Shown piece after piece: positions 51,701 through 64,000 of a stretch of 64,000 bases of DNA. This DNA is from Octopus vulgaris (taxonomy: Eukaryota): the NCBI GenBank assembly GCA_951406725.2, contig OX597823.1:59520001-59584000 (forward strand), written 5' to 3'. Every line of letters begins with the position of its first letter. Within the stretch, counting starts at the first letter, position 1. The notes beneath the pieces are model-generated. The model did no database searches. It saw only the letters and a program-made list of their open reading frames with translations, and had not been told where the DNA came from. The position numbers and the translations under genes are program-made.

Positions 51701-52045
51701 ATGTATGTATGTATGTATGTATGTATGTATGTATGTATGTATGTATGTATGTATGTGAGTGTAAGTGTATGTATACTTCTGTCTCCCTGTCTTGACATTG
51801 TGTTATTGCTGTAAAAAAAATGTTATTCACTTCTAATATTCTTTGAAAACATGTCAGGCCATGGAGAAAGAATGCTTTGCTTGGAAACTGGTAAGGGTTG
51901 GCAGCTGGAAAGGCATCTGGCTGTAAAAAATCCACCTCAATGAACTCTGTCTGACACATGCAATGAACTCTGTCTGACACATGGAAAAGAGGACATTAAA
52001 ATGATGGTGATGTGTATAATACACACACACACACACACACATATA

Positions 52046-52911
52046 TGAGGAGTTACCTAAAAGTAACTGGAAACATTTTCTGAGGGATAAGCCACTTGTA
52101 GTTCAGGCTTCATCCACTATAAGTCACTTGATGTGACCCTCAGGCATCAGTCTGCTGACGGGTATCATCTAGTAACGTACTGCCATGAGGTGCATTTTTG
52201 TTTTGCAGTCTCTCTTTCCTATTCATCGATTTTTGCAATGGATTAATCGAAAGAACAGTTTGCTTCTATGAAATTTTGTTTTCTGCTGGGGAAAATTGTG
52301 GCTGAAACAGTTGTCATGCTTCAAAAAGCTTACAAAGATGCTGCCATGAGTAAAACACAAGTTTTCAAGTGGCTTTCATGCTTTAGGAATGGTCACTTGT
52401 TATTTGAAGATCAATCTCATTCAGGGCGACCACCAGCCACCGAACAAATGAAAACATCATGAAAATTCATGAACTTTATCTTGGAGGACTGTCAGTGATC
52501 ATCTGATGAACTTGATATGAGTGGTATGTCTTGGAGCTCCTGCCAACGAATTTTGAGCAAGGAATTGTGAATGAAAAGAGTTGCAGCAAGATCTGCTCAT
52601 AGAACACCAAAAGTAGTCATGACTGAATGTGTGCAGTAAACTGAAAGAACAGTTGGAAGTTGATCCAAAGATCATCACTAGTAACAAAAACTGGAATTTG
52701 CAGATATGGAAGAGGTGAAGAAAAAAACGATGGAGCCATTCAAAGGCATCACTTCACAAGAGTTCCAGCACTGCTTTGAACAGTGGAAAATGCATTTGGA
52801 TCGATGCATTGCTTCAAATGAAGAATACTTTGAAGGCAATAAAAATGTAAACATGTAAAACTAAGTTAATAAAATATTGCAAAATTCCGGTTTCTTTTGG
52901 GTACCCCCTCA
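52046..52911 (+). mobile_element. Internally deleted mariner transposon
   Basis: TA|tgaggagttacctaaaagtaactggaa ... ttccggtttcttttgggtaccccctca|TA; HTH remnant MKFCFLLGK..AET..ML..AY.D.AMSKTQVF.W...F..G....ED..HSGRP; end W..CI...EYFEG. Confidence 0.88.
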
Positions 52912-53299
52912 TATATACATTTAAATTATTAAATGCCTTTTAAATTTTGATAAATTTTTATCATATTGCCTTATTGTTCTGTGATAAACAAACGAGAAAA
53001 AATAAAAATAAAATATTTTTTCAAAGTACTGAAAGTAAAATATCACTTTATTGAATGGCCTTTAGACAAGTCTTTGATGGCAGTGCACTCACTTGGCACA
53101 TTGTAAATTATATAGTTTCTTTTTTTTTTTTATTATTGTTGTTATATATTTCATGAATAATTCTTGCGAGAAAACAATGTGATATTTTATTTTCTTTTGA
53201 TTGGAATGTCGTTTATCATACATGATATTCTAAATACTATTGATATGACCTCCCACAAAAATTTAAATTTCTGTTTCTTACTTCGTCGCAACATACACG

Positions 53300-53650
53300 T
53301 GCACACACACACACACTCACACACATATACACACACACACACACACATGGACACAAATGGACACATACAGACATGGACACATGCGTACACGGATACATAC
53401 ACACATAGACACACACCAATGCATACACATGGATACACATGCATTCACACACACAAATGGACACACACGGATATGGATACATACAGACATGGATACATAC
53501 GGGCATGGATACATACGGACATGGATACATACACACGTGGACACACACACCGACACATGCACATGGACACACACACATGGATACACATGCATTCACACAC
53601 AAACACACACACACACACACGGGCACGCCCGCACACACACACACACAAAT
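53300..53650. repeat. Degenerate (acatggatacatac/acac) minisatellite
   Basis: Direct. Confidence 0.85.
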
Positions 53651-54059
53651 ATATATTTGCATTCATACACATAAACATACATGTATATATGTGTATAGGT
53701 GTAGATTACTCATTGTTTACTTCAAGTTTCAAGCTTTAATGAGACATTCTTCATAGCTGTTCTGTTTACACAGGGTAAGACTTACAGCTATAATCCTTTT
53801 AGAAAACATATCCACTCCCTTTCTGGTAATATTAGGAATCACAAGAGTATAACTCATAAAGAGTAGACATGAGTCTTTTCCTTTCATCAATTTTAACACA
53901 GGAGTTAGAATTTTTTTAATTCAATGCAAAGGCTGGAAAAATTAATGAGGAAAGTGAGAGAGAAGATTGTGAAGGAAGAAAAAAAAAATAAAAGGAGAAA
54001 GAAATGTTAAGGATACACCCTTTTCTCCGGGAAGCAAATTGATTTTTTTTTTAACCCTA

Positions 54060-54435
54060 AAAGATCTCAAAGCTGCAGAGAGGTGGTTTTAAAGAAAAAA
54101 ATGCTTAGAATCTCATGGGTACAGAGGGTGATGAATGTGGAAGTGTTGAATAAGATGAAAATGAAACAGTTGATGGATACTATCAGAGAGAGAGACAATG
54201 GAGATTTATTTGTTGGCCATTTTCTCAGAAAGGATGGCAGAATGGAGTGTTACATGGTGGAGACTGAGCTGGTAGGAAGGAGAGTGAGAGGAAAGCAGAG
54301 AGAGAAGATGTTCAACTGGATGAAGAAGAGATTGAACATGCAGAGTGAGAAAGACCTGGGTGATGTTGCAAGAGATAGAAATAAATCGAAGAACAAGCCA
54401 TGATTTGTCAAAGTCATGAATATTCCATGACATAA
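54060..54435 (+). mobile_element. RTE-like LINE 3' coding remnant
   Basis: KMLRISWVQRVMNVEVL, VGHFLRKD, GRRVRGKQR, A.DR. Confidence 0.7.
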
Positions 54436-55848
54436 GAGAGAGAGCATTCAGATTATTTTCTCAAATGTAATACTCTTTACTCTCTTTTACTTGTTTCAGT
54501 CATGTGGCTGTGGCCATGCTGGAGCACCGCCTTTAGTCGAGCAAATCGCATGTAGAATATTTGGGCTGGATATGGCTGTATTAAATGCTGAAGGGTTAAA
54601 AAAAAATTCCAGCCAAAAGCTAGGTCAACTTAAACACCAAGATGACTATGTAGTTCCAAAAATTCTATGTGAAATGCAGCAAGATTTGAAAATGCAGGAA
54701 CTGTGTTTGAATACTTGCTCCACCTGTTTAAACTATATACTACGTCAACTTGAATTCCAGAAAATACCGTAAATCATTCAAATTACAAGAGTATATGCAT
54801 GTTTGCGCATATACACAAGCACACACACATACATACAGATAGACAGACTGATTGATTGAAGGATTGTTAAATAGATAGATAAATATAATGATTGATTGAG
54901 AGACAGACAGACTGACTGACTGACAGATAGATAGATTGACTGATGGACAGACAGACAGGCAGGTAGACAGACAGATAGATAGATAGACTTACTGATTGAT
55001 TAATTGATTGATTGATTGACTGATTGATAGACAAATAAATAGAGAGATACTCCTGCACACGGATATATAAATAAGTAAATGCAAAGAAACAGAAAAATGA
55101 GCTATGTTACAGTTGACATTTTTTGCAATCATAGAGGTACCCTAGGTCAGACCTTATTCCAGTTTCAAAAACGTTTAGTGATAGGGAGTATAAGACTCCT
55201 TCCTGGATGAGACACAGTGTATTATAGGAAGGATTAATCTTATTTCTAACTTCTTCTTGGCACTCGTTTTCCAATGAGTGAGATAGAGCAATGTGAAATG
55301 ACACTATACACTGCTCCATCTCATAACTGAACCAATGAGTGTAAAATCTTTTCTACTCTAGACACAAGACCCAAAATTTTAGGGGAGGAGGCCAGTCAGT
55401 TAGATCAACTCCAGTATGAAACTGGCACTTAATTTATTGACCCTAAACTGATGAAAGGCAAAGTCAACCTCAGTGGAATTTGAACTCAGAACATAAAGAC
55501 AGACGAATTATCGCTAAGCATTTTGCCCAGTATGCTAATGATTCTACCAGCTTGCTACCCTCCAATGAACTTAAAATCATGTACTTTCAAAACAGAAAAA
55601 AAGCCTGTTTACTCTGAGTTTCATGTTTCCAATCTCCAAATGAAAATTTAGAAAATATCATTGTGGCATTTGAGATTCATCAGATCATAGATATTTATAT
55701 AGACACAACCTGAGTACATCTTGTTACAATCCATTTTTAAATTCAACACGTAATGGTCATATTGCAGTAGAAAGGCAGCAATGAGACAAGGTTCTACATT
55801 GGCTTCAGTGTAACAACTTTATTTTCTTTAAAAGGCAGATGGAAACAT

Positions 55849-56071
55849 ATTCTTTTATTCTTTTACTTGTTTCAATCATTTGACTGTGACATGCGGGAGA
55901 ACCAATTTAAGGGATTTTAATCAAAGAAATTGACTCCAGGACTTATTCTTTGTAAGCCTTGTACTTATTCTATCAGTCTCAATTGCCGTTTTGCTGAACC
56001 AGTAAGTTAAGGGGACACACCCACATCAGTTGTCAAGCAATGGTGGTGGGGACAAACACAGACACAAACAC

Positions 56072-56075
<4 letters not shown>
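55849..56075 (-). mobile_element. SINE family A 3' half
   Basis: Family tail motif. Confidence 0.75.
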
Positions 56076-56130
<55 letters not shown>

Positions 56131-56229
56131 AATGTATACACTTTATTAATAAAGCATATTACTCTAACTCTGGTATTCGAGTACTATTTTTTTTACTACC
56201 TCGTTTCATATTTATGTCCTTACTCTGGT

Positions 56230-56281
<52 letters not shown>

Positions 56282-56399
56282 GATCACATGACCGACCAGG
56301 CTATCAGATGTTGCTACATATCGCTGGTCACAATGCACTTCACATTGTTTTAGCTTTCAAATGACGCCACCCCGCTGGCAAAGCGAGCAGGCCAATATG

Positions 56400-56977
56400 T
56401 ATATCACAGGATAAAGAAGGTCTTCACCCACGTAAGGTGCTGTTATCTGTATGGTGGGATAAGAAAGGTTTAGTTCACTTTGAACTTTTAAACCCAAACC
56501 AAACAATAGCAAAAGAGATCTACAGTGAGCAGCTTGAGCTGCTTAAGTCAACAGGAGAAGAAAAATGATCATCTTTGGTTTCAAGATGAAAGATGTTCTT
56601 CCATCAGGATAATGCTCAGCCACATACAGCAAGGATGACGTTCCAAAGGTTGGGGCAGTTTGAATGGGAAACGATGCCCCACCCACCGTATTTGCTAGAT
56701 ATTGCCCCATCTGATTATCATTTGTTCTCTTCTTCAAAATCATTTGGACAGAAAAAATATGAATTCTGTAGACAAGGTCAGAACAGTACTGGAGGAGTAT
56801 TTTCGTCACGAACAGGTAAATTTTAGAAGGGTCTTGCAAGTCGACCAGATAGATGGAAGAGCATTGTAGAAAATGAAGAAGAGTATATTTTAGATTAAAA
56901 AAAGAACTTTGTTTATCTTAATTTTGAAAAATAAAAGAAGTATAGAAAAACCACATTATTTATGGGATGACCCAATA
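56400..56977 (+). mobile_element. Mariner transposase 3' remnant with right TIR
   Basis: HPRKVLLSVWWD, FHQDNAQPH, HPPYLLDIAPSDYHLF; ends ttatgggatgacccaata. Confidence 0.85.
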
Positions 56978-57582
56978 CATCTGTTCTGTAAAATAGAAAG
57001 ACAATGTTAAAAACAATGTTTATTTACACCCATTAGACAAAGGATATATTCAATTATTTCTGAAGTGTTTCTTTTTTTTTTTTTGAGATAGTAAAAACGA
57101 ATAATTTTATTTATTTATTTTTTTCTCTCATCAAGCAATCCTGTAAAAAATCACTTTCTAAGTGGGAGCTCTGTAAATGTGTGTTAACATGAACAAGAAA
57201 AGGGAAAAAGAAAACACATAACAATAACAACAACAAAAGCAAAAACAACATCAACAACGATAATAATAATCATAATAATGATGATGATGATGACGACAAC
57301 GACGATGAAGACATCAATAATTGCATACATTTATATCTGCATATAACTTCAGGAATTAAGCCTTTTATATGAAGTAGCCGTTATTTTTTCCCCTCTTTTC
57401 GTCCTTTAAATCCATTATCTTTCCTAATTAATTCTGTAAAGTAACAGTCATTACTTCTAAATTTATTGACTTAATCTCTTCCTAAACCTAATTGAGAGAA
57501 CTTTAAAAGGTTTCTTTATCTTTTCTTAGTTTTCATGATACACACTTGTGACACTATGTATATGTGTGTGTATATCTATGTA

Positions 57583-57623
<41 letters not shown>

Positions 57624-57634
57624 ATATATGTATA

Positions 57635-57672
<38 letters not shown>

Positions 57673-57741
57673 CATATATGTAAATCTAAAAACGTATGTA
57701 TATAGAAATATATATGTATATTTATTTTTGTATATCTATCC

Positions 57742-57774
<33 letters not shown>

Positions 57775-58446
57775 TATATATATATATACACACATATATA
57801 TTTATATATATATATATGGATATACACACATGTGTATGTATATATGTATATATATATATATATATATAAATATATATATATATATGCATTTATATATATG
57901 TATGTATGTATGTATGTCTATACACATCTAACAAACAAGACACCATCAAAGATTCTCATTCTCATAGCAGACCAAAATCACAGTAATAAATTTGCAACTA
58001 TTTTTAATCCTCCTTATTTTAATGGTTACTAAAACGATAAGGTGTTGTTATTCGAGAGTTGTAGGTGATTAAAGCTTGAAAATAATCAGCAAAGAACGCT
58101 TGTAGTTCGTCAGTACAGCAAGTAGTTTTAAAAGATACTAAAGAAATTCCATGATGAAGTCCTAGGAGAATTGTGGTCATTGCATTAAAAATCAGACTAG
58201 GAGTGGATTATCAGTAGATAACAACACCGATTCAATCTTCCTGCAAACTCTATAAGAAGTGCTTTAGTTGTTATTTATCTTTTCTTGTAGGTTGTAGGGT
58301 TGGGTTTGTAATTTGTTTACCATTGTGTTCTACGCTTCTGCATTTTCTCTCTCTCTTCTTTTTTCTTTCTCACCATCCTTATGTTCTCTCTCTTTTGCTC
58401 TCACTTCCCCCCTCTGCCTTTCTCTGTATGCATATATGTACATATG

Positions 58447-58478
<32 letters not shown>

Positions 58479-58556
58479 TATATATATATATATATATCAT
58501 CATCATCATCATCATATATTGTCCGTTGTCCATTCTGGCATATATATATATTACTA

Positions 58557-58969
58557 TTACTCTTTTACTCTTTTATTTGTTTCAGTCATTTGACTGCGGC
58601 CATGCTGGAGCACCACCTTTAGTCGAGCAAATCAACCCCGATACTTATTCTTTGTAAGCCCAGTACTTATTCTATCGGTCTCTTTTGCCAAACCGCTAAG
58701 TGACGGGGACGTAAACACACCAGCATTGGTTGTCAAGCAATGCTAGAGGGACAAATACAGACACACAAACATATACATACACATACATATATATATACAT
58801 ATATACGACAGGCTTCTTTCAGTTTCAGTCTACCAAATCCACTCACAAGGCTTTGGTCGGCCCGGGGCTATAGCAGAAGACACTTGCCCAAGATGCCATG
58901 CAGTGGGACTGAACCCGGAACCATGTGGTCGGTTAGCAAGCTTCTTACCACACAACCACTCCTGCGCCT
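58557..58969 (-). mobile_element. SINE family A, full length
   Basis: Matches the family along its length. Confidence 0.9.
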
Positions 58970-59581
58970 ATATATATATATTGATATATACATACACACA
59001 CACATATACACACATACACATGTATATATTACATATATATATATTTATATATATGTATAAAGATATGTGCATGTGTATGTATACACACATGCATATATGT
59101 ATTAATGTATGCTTTTTATGTATATTCATGCAGCCATCTGGTTTGCCAGACCTCAGTCAAATCGTCCAACCCATGCTAGCATGGAAAGCGGACGTTAAAC
59201 GATGATGATGATGATGAGAGACATTCAAACATATACTAAATCTTTGCATGCATATACGCGGCACATGCAATTTATTTTTACTAATATGTATGTATTTATA
59301 TGTAATTGTGTAAGTGTGTATTTATACATATGTACACATATACACACACATAAGCACACATGCACACGCCACACACACACACACCACAGATATGCATGGT
59401 ATAATGAGGAAACATAAGAGAGACAAAATGAGAGGGACAGGTTTTATTAGCATAAAACTTGAAAGGAAGGGAAAGAAGGGAAAATTGAGAAGGAAAGTTT
59501 GTGGAAAGAAGAAAAAATTTAGAGGTGAGGCAGGAATGCATTTACATGGGAGGAGTTAGGAATAGAGGGGTAATGGGGTGG

Positions 59582-59637
<56 letters not shown>

Positions 59638-60146
59638 CCACACAGTCGTGGCCAAAAGTTTGGAACATTTTTTGATTATTAAAATTGTTATGCCCAAGTA
59701 CAATTCGATGCAAATATCTACAACATGGCTCAATATCTTGAAGAAGAAAATAAGCTAAATCAAAAATATAGTTCTAGACCAAATTGCTTACTTTTAATAT
59801 ATAGAAGCTAGTCTAATTTTCGGACCTATTTTCCAAACTAAATCTTTATTCCTGGCAGCATGTTATGTCCTTGAGCAAGACAGCTTACTTCATGTTGCTC
59901 CAGTCCACTCAACTGGCAAAAATGAGTTTTACCTGTAATTCAAAGGTCCAGCTTTGTCACATTTTGTGTTATGCAAAATCTACCTGAGAACAATGTGAAG
60001 GGTATGTGTATTTGTGGAGTGCTCATCCACTTACACATTAATTTCGTGAACAGACTGTTCCATTGATTGGATCAAATGGAATACTTATCAACATAACCAA
60101 TGAAGTATCAGTAATATATAATATATATATATGTCTTTGTGTGTGG

Positions 60147-60189
<43 letters not shown>

Positions 60190-61149
60190 GATAGATAGAT
60201 AGTTAGGTGCATCGGAATCCCAGATGATGATGATGATGATGGGAATCCCAGATGTAGAATTTGAATTCATGTGTATCAGATAATTAATAAGGGTACTCTA
60301 CAACTCAACTGGTAGTCGGTGCTATGAGTTTGTATCTATAATAAGTAAAATAATTAAAATAGTACTCAACTGCACAAAATTAAGAAAATTTGGAATATTT
60401 ACCACACATTACCTTGCAGGAATTCTAGATGCTCCCTAAAAGTTATAGAGTTCCATGGAAGTAACAGTAAAATATAGCTACTTTTGCTACACTCTAATAA
60501 TAATAGAGCCACAAGTTGTGAGGAAAAGGGGTCATCAACTAGATTATGCATTTGATTATCATGTTCAGAGTGACACATAAATGTCTAAACAGTAATTCTA
60601 CTTTTGTCAATCTGGTTCAAATGCTACATAGTAATTTTGAATATTGTAATAAACCAATTTAGTGGTTAGGGTGTCAGCATCATGATCGTAAGATTGTGGT
60701 TTTGATTCTTGGTGGCACATTGTATCCTTGAGCAAAACACTTCATTTCACATTGCTCCAGTCCACTCAGCTGGCAAAAATGAGTAACGCTGCGATGGATT
60801 GGCTCCCCATCTAGCTGGGGAACACATACGCCATTGAAACCAGGTAATCGGGCCCATGAGCCTGGCCAGGCTTTAAAAGGGTGCATTTATTTTATTTTAA
60901 TAAGCCAATTAGACAATTAATTATTTTAACACCTACTGCCCTGGTATCAAACCTAGTACATGAGTCCCATCATAAATCAAATGTGAACCTAGTCCTATGA
61001 ATTTATTCCAACAAGGAGATGCATTCAAGGAAGTCCTATCCATAGAAATAGAGGCAAGATTAGGAATTTCACTTGATTGGTCTTGGTAGCATTGAATATA
61101 CAAATCCATTTGTTTCCCCTTTGTGCTATCCTTGTTAAGTCACTGGAAA

Positions 61150-61850
61150 ATCTGTTGCTACATTCAAGTAGGTGGATGTTCTTAAAATCTCTTGCTACAT
61201 TCAAGTGAGGGGTTGTTCTGTAGAGTGTGGTATCATAAGCACATATGTCATTAAAGAATCATATCAACAGTATTTATGTCAAAGGTCCAAAGTTAAATCC
61301 CTGAAGTGCTAATTAAATTCATAAAGGGCAGCTGTCATGCAAATCATTAGAAATGGTAGAAAACACTATCAGATAGCTATAGACGGTCAGTTTCTCAAGC
61401 AATCTGATATGCCATACTGTTCCGAATGCTTTGGACATATTAAAGATAACAGCACAAGCATCACAGCTGGTATCCTATGCACAACATATTCTGTGAGAAC
61501 CAAAATTCATATCACTGGACACTAAAGAGATTGGTGTTATTTAAGCAGTCAATAATGTTAGTGGCCAATTCAAACAGCCTTTTACTATTGTCAATAGGCT
61601 GACTGAGAATGATGTGATAAAATAATCATCAGAGTTCTTGAAAGCTTGGAAAACTATAGACATCTTCATTTGGTAAGGAAAACATTTCCTCAGGGGATGA
61701 TTGAACAGCTGAATGACTTTACTAGAATTAAGGATTTGACAGGGAACAGCCTTTTTTTATGGCTTTTCTTTTTCTTCTTTTTCTTCGTTTTCCATAAAAT
61801 GACTACGATTTTACTCAGGGCAATTGTTTTATGAATCATTATCATTTATG
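61150..61850 (-). mobile_element. Old LINE RT remnant
   Basis: Minus strand AVIFNMSKAFGTVWHIRLLEKL (D.SKAFD.VWH motif) near 61390-61460; boundaries uncertain. Confidence 0.5.
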
Positions 61851-61983
61851 AGTTTGAAAACTTCCTGTAATAAATTTACATGCATTCATATAAACACTGG
61901 TAAATTTCTATATAGTAAATGTGTGTGTGCGTGTGTGTAGATAAATAGATAGTGAGATAGGTATATATATATATATATATATA

Positions 61984-62021
<38 letters not shown>

Positions 62022-62023
<2 letters not shown>

Positions 62024-62201
62024 TGTTGTTTTCGGGGAGAGTCATTCTCTTTTAGTGCTTTACAATTTAACACAGTCACCATTAAAATTTCCCCTTATTT
62101 CTTATAAGTCACTAAAAGAGAATAACTCTCCTCAGACACAACAGAATATGCTTCAACACATGAACTCACATAAAGGATCTTGCAAACCAAATCCCAAAAC
62201 G

Positions 62202-62203
<2 letters not shown>
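62022..62203. mobile_element. Second, shorter fold-back copy of the 37438-37772 family within (TA)n
   Basis: ctgttgtttt.ggggagagtcattctcttttagtg versus cactaaaagagaataactctcctcagacacaacag; same 3' terminus. Confidence 0.75.
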
Positions 62204-62242
<39 letters not shown>

Positions 62243-62346
62243 CATATAACTACTTCACTATTTTCTCTTCTTTTTCTTCTTCTTTCTCTTTCTTCCTTCT
62301 CTGCTGCCTTCTTCTTCTCTCTTCTTTTTCTTTCCAACTGGGGTAG

Positions 62347-62380
<34 letters not shown>

Positions 62381-63149
62381 TCTACTGCAACACCCCCATT
62401 TCTCTCCCTCTGTTCTTACTCTAACCTCTCATCACCTGACACAAAACCATCTCTCTCAATATCACTCCCACTCTCAGTTAAAGGAGGAGGCCTTTGTTTC
62501 GCAAGTTACTTGGTGACCTGGCTTCTGCTGCTGCTGCTGTTGCTGGTGATATCCAGAGGAAAAAGCACCCTGTACACTCTAAGGAGTTTGCATTATGATG
62601 GCCAGCCTGCTGTACAAAACATGGAAGCCATGCCAAAGCAAACAGAGAACTTGGTACATTCTTCTGATTTGTCAGTTCCTATAAAAAGTTCATGCTAGCA
62701 GAGAAAAAAATGGACATTAAATGATGGTGATAATTAATGAATGGCAAGTGTATTCATGGAAAAAGTAACAGTACTCAATACTTACAGTAAGCAGAGAGAA
62801 CTATTTATAAATGTGTAATAGTTATAATCAACCCTATGCTAATGGATCTAATGCCTGCATCTTATAAACTTTTGTTGAAAATGTTGTCACAATGAAGCTT
62901 AACAAACCTGATTACTATTTAAATGTCAGATCTTAGATATGAAATGAATGCAGACATTTTGAAATTATTGTTTATAAAACTGGAAAATTACACAAAATTA
63001 TCAAATGGATTTACCACAGTGGGGTACATCATGAAAACAGACGTATGTATACTCAATATATTTCTTCTTTATGTTGACTTAAAATTTTCAAGTGTAACAA
63101 ATAATAATTTTTAATTGGTAACGGCGATAAATGATCAAATTCATCAAAA

Positions 63150-63663
63150 AAAGGAAAGGAAAATAGAAAAAGAGCAAATATGAAGCCATCAGTTTACGCT
63201 ATTTTCCTATGCTATAACGTCTGACATTATACCTACATTAATATGTATACATATCTATGTACATACATACATACACACACACATACATACATACAAACAT
63301 ACATACATACATACACACATACATACATACTTACATACACACATGCATACATACATACATACATACATACATACATACATACATACAGAGAGACAGAGAG
63401 AGAGAGACAAGAAGACAGAAACACACAGACACACACAAGAACATGTGCTCAAACACACAAACATACTACATATATATATATGTGTGTGTATTGAATATAT
63501 GCTTAGCTTTTTTTTTACCTCTGATGAGATTCTACTTAATAATGATTTGATTATTTCAATTAAAATCTTTAAAGTCTGAATCGAAACAGCTGTCAGGAAT
63601 TATGCCCATGTTTGCAATTTATAAGTATAATTATTTGTTTATCAATCTCTATTTTCTTATTTT

Positions 63664-63701
<38 letters not shown>

Positions 63702-63735
63702 AAAACAAGAAAATAGAGATAAACAAACAAATAAT

Positions 63736-63834
<99 letters not shown>

Positions 63835-64000
63835 ATATGTTTGTGTGTTTGAGCACATGTTCTTGTGTGTATCTGTCTGTCAGTCTCTCTGTCTCTCTGT
63901 ATGTATGTAGGTAGGTAGGTATAACGTCAGACGTTATAGTATAGGAAAACAGTGTAAACTGAAGGCTTCATATTTGCTCTTTTTTTTTTTCCTTTCCCTT
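63150..64000. repeat. Nested inverted repeats around the HHR element
   Basis: 63626-63665 / 63700-63741; 63378-63475 / 63826-63908; 63150-63236 / 63910-64000 (runs off window). Confidence 0.8.
63515..63600 (+). ncRNA. Type I minimal hammerhead ribozyme
   Basis: ttacct CTGATGA gattc...gaatc GAAAC agct GTC aggaa; stem II gattc/gaatc with extension, palindromic ACAGCTGT, GUC triplet. Confidence 0.85.

Noticed and set aside
5970-55460. Other CTGANGA hits (e.g. ~5974 -, ~10173 -, 52503, 55448)
   Set aside because: No downstream GAAA with pairable stems, or lying inside SINE/mariner sequence
58008-58172. ~53-codon minus-strand ORF (MTTILLGLHH...)
   Set aside because: Short, no recognisable features, expected by chance
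593-63856. Numerous ORFs rich in YI/MYVC/HT/poly-L/poly-N
   Set aside because: Translations of (TA)n, (TATG)n, (CA)n and trinucleotide repeats; open in several frames and both strands

Overview
AT-rich, microsatellite-dense eukaryotic DNA. The repeat content ((TA)n/(TATG)n/(CA)n arrays, three tRNA-derived SINE families, RTE and CR1-group LINEs) looks like a cephalopod (Octopus-like) intronic or intergenic region; this assignment is inferred from sequence style. I found no convincing host protein-coding gene, and most ORFs in the track are translated microsatellites. Recognisable elements: a near-intact CR1-group RT ORF (15222-17159, -), a decayed near-full-length RTE LINE (~27955-31085, -), two Penelope-like element (PLE) relics (34440-35975 +; 37790-40189 -), Tc1/mariner relics, Helitrons, TTAA MITEs and many SINEs. 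The main unexpected signal is a set of at least 8 minimal type-I hammerhead ribozyme (HHR) motifs from at least five unrelated sequence families, plus several degenerate ones. Each has a palindromic or near-palindromic micro-stem III. They sit in elements with a shared 'main arm + inverted 3'-tail arm' layout, most of them within (TA)n tracts. Two stand out: (i) a tRNA-headed (Pol III-type) SINE whose tail is an HHR-bearing PLE-like end rather than a LINE tail (2648-3136 and 24345-24647), and (ii) a young, non-coding ~598-nt circularly permuted retrozyme-like unit (46459-47289). All coordinates and pairings were read by eye; ribozyme activity is not demonstrated.
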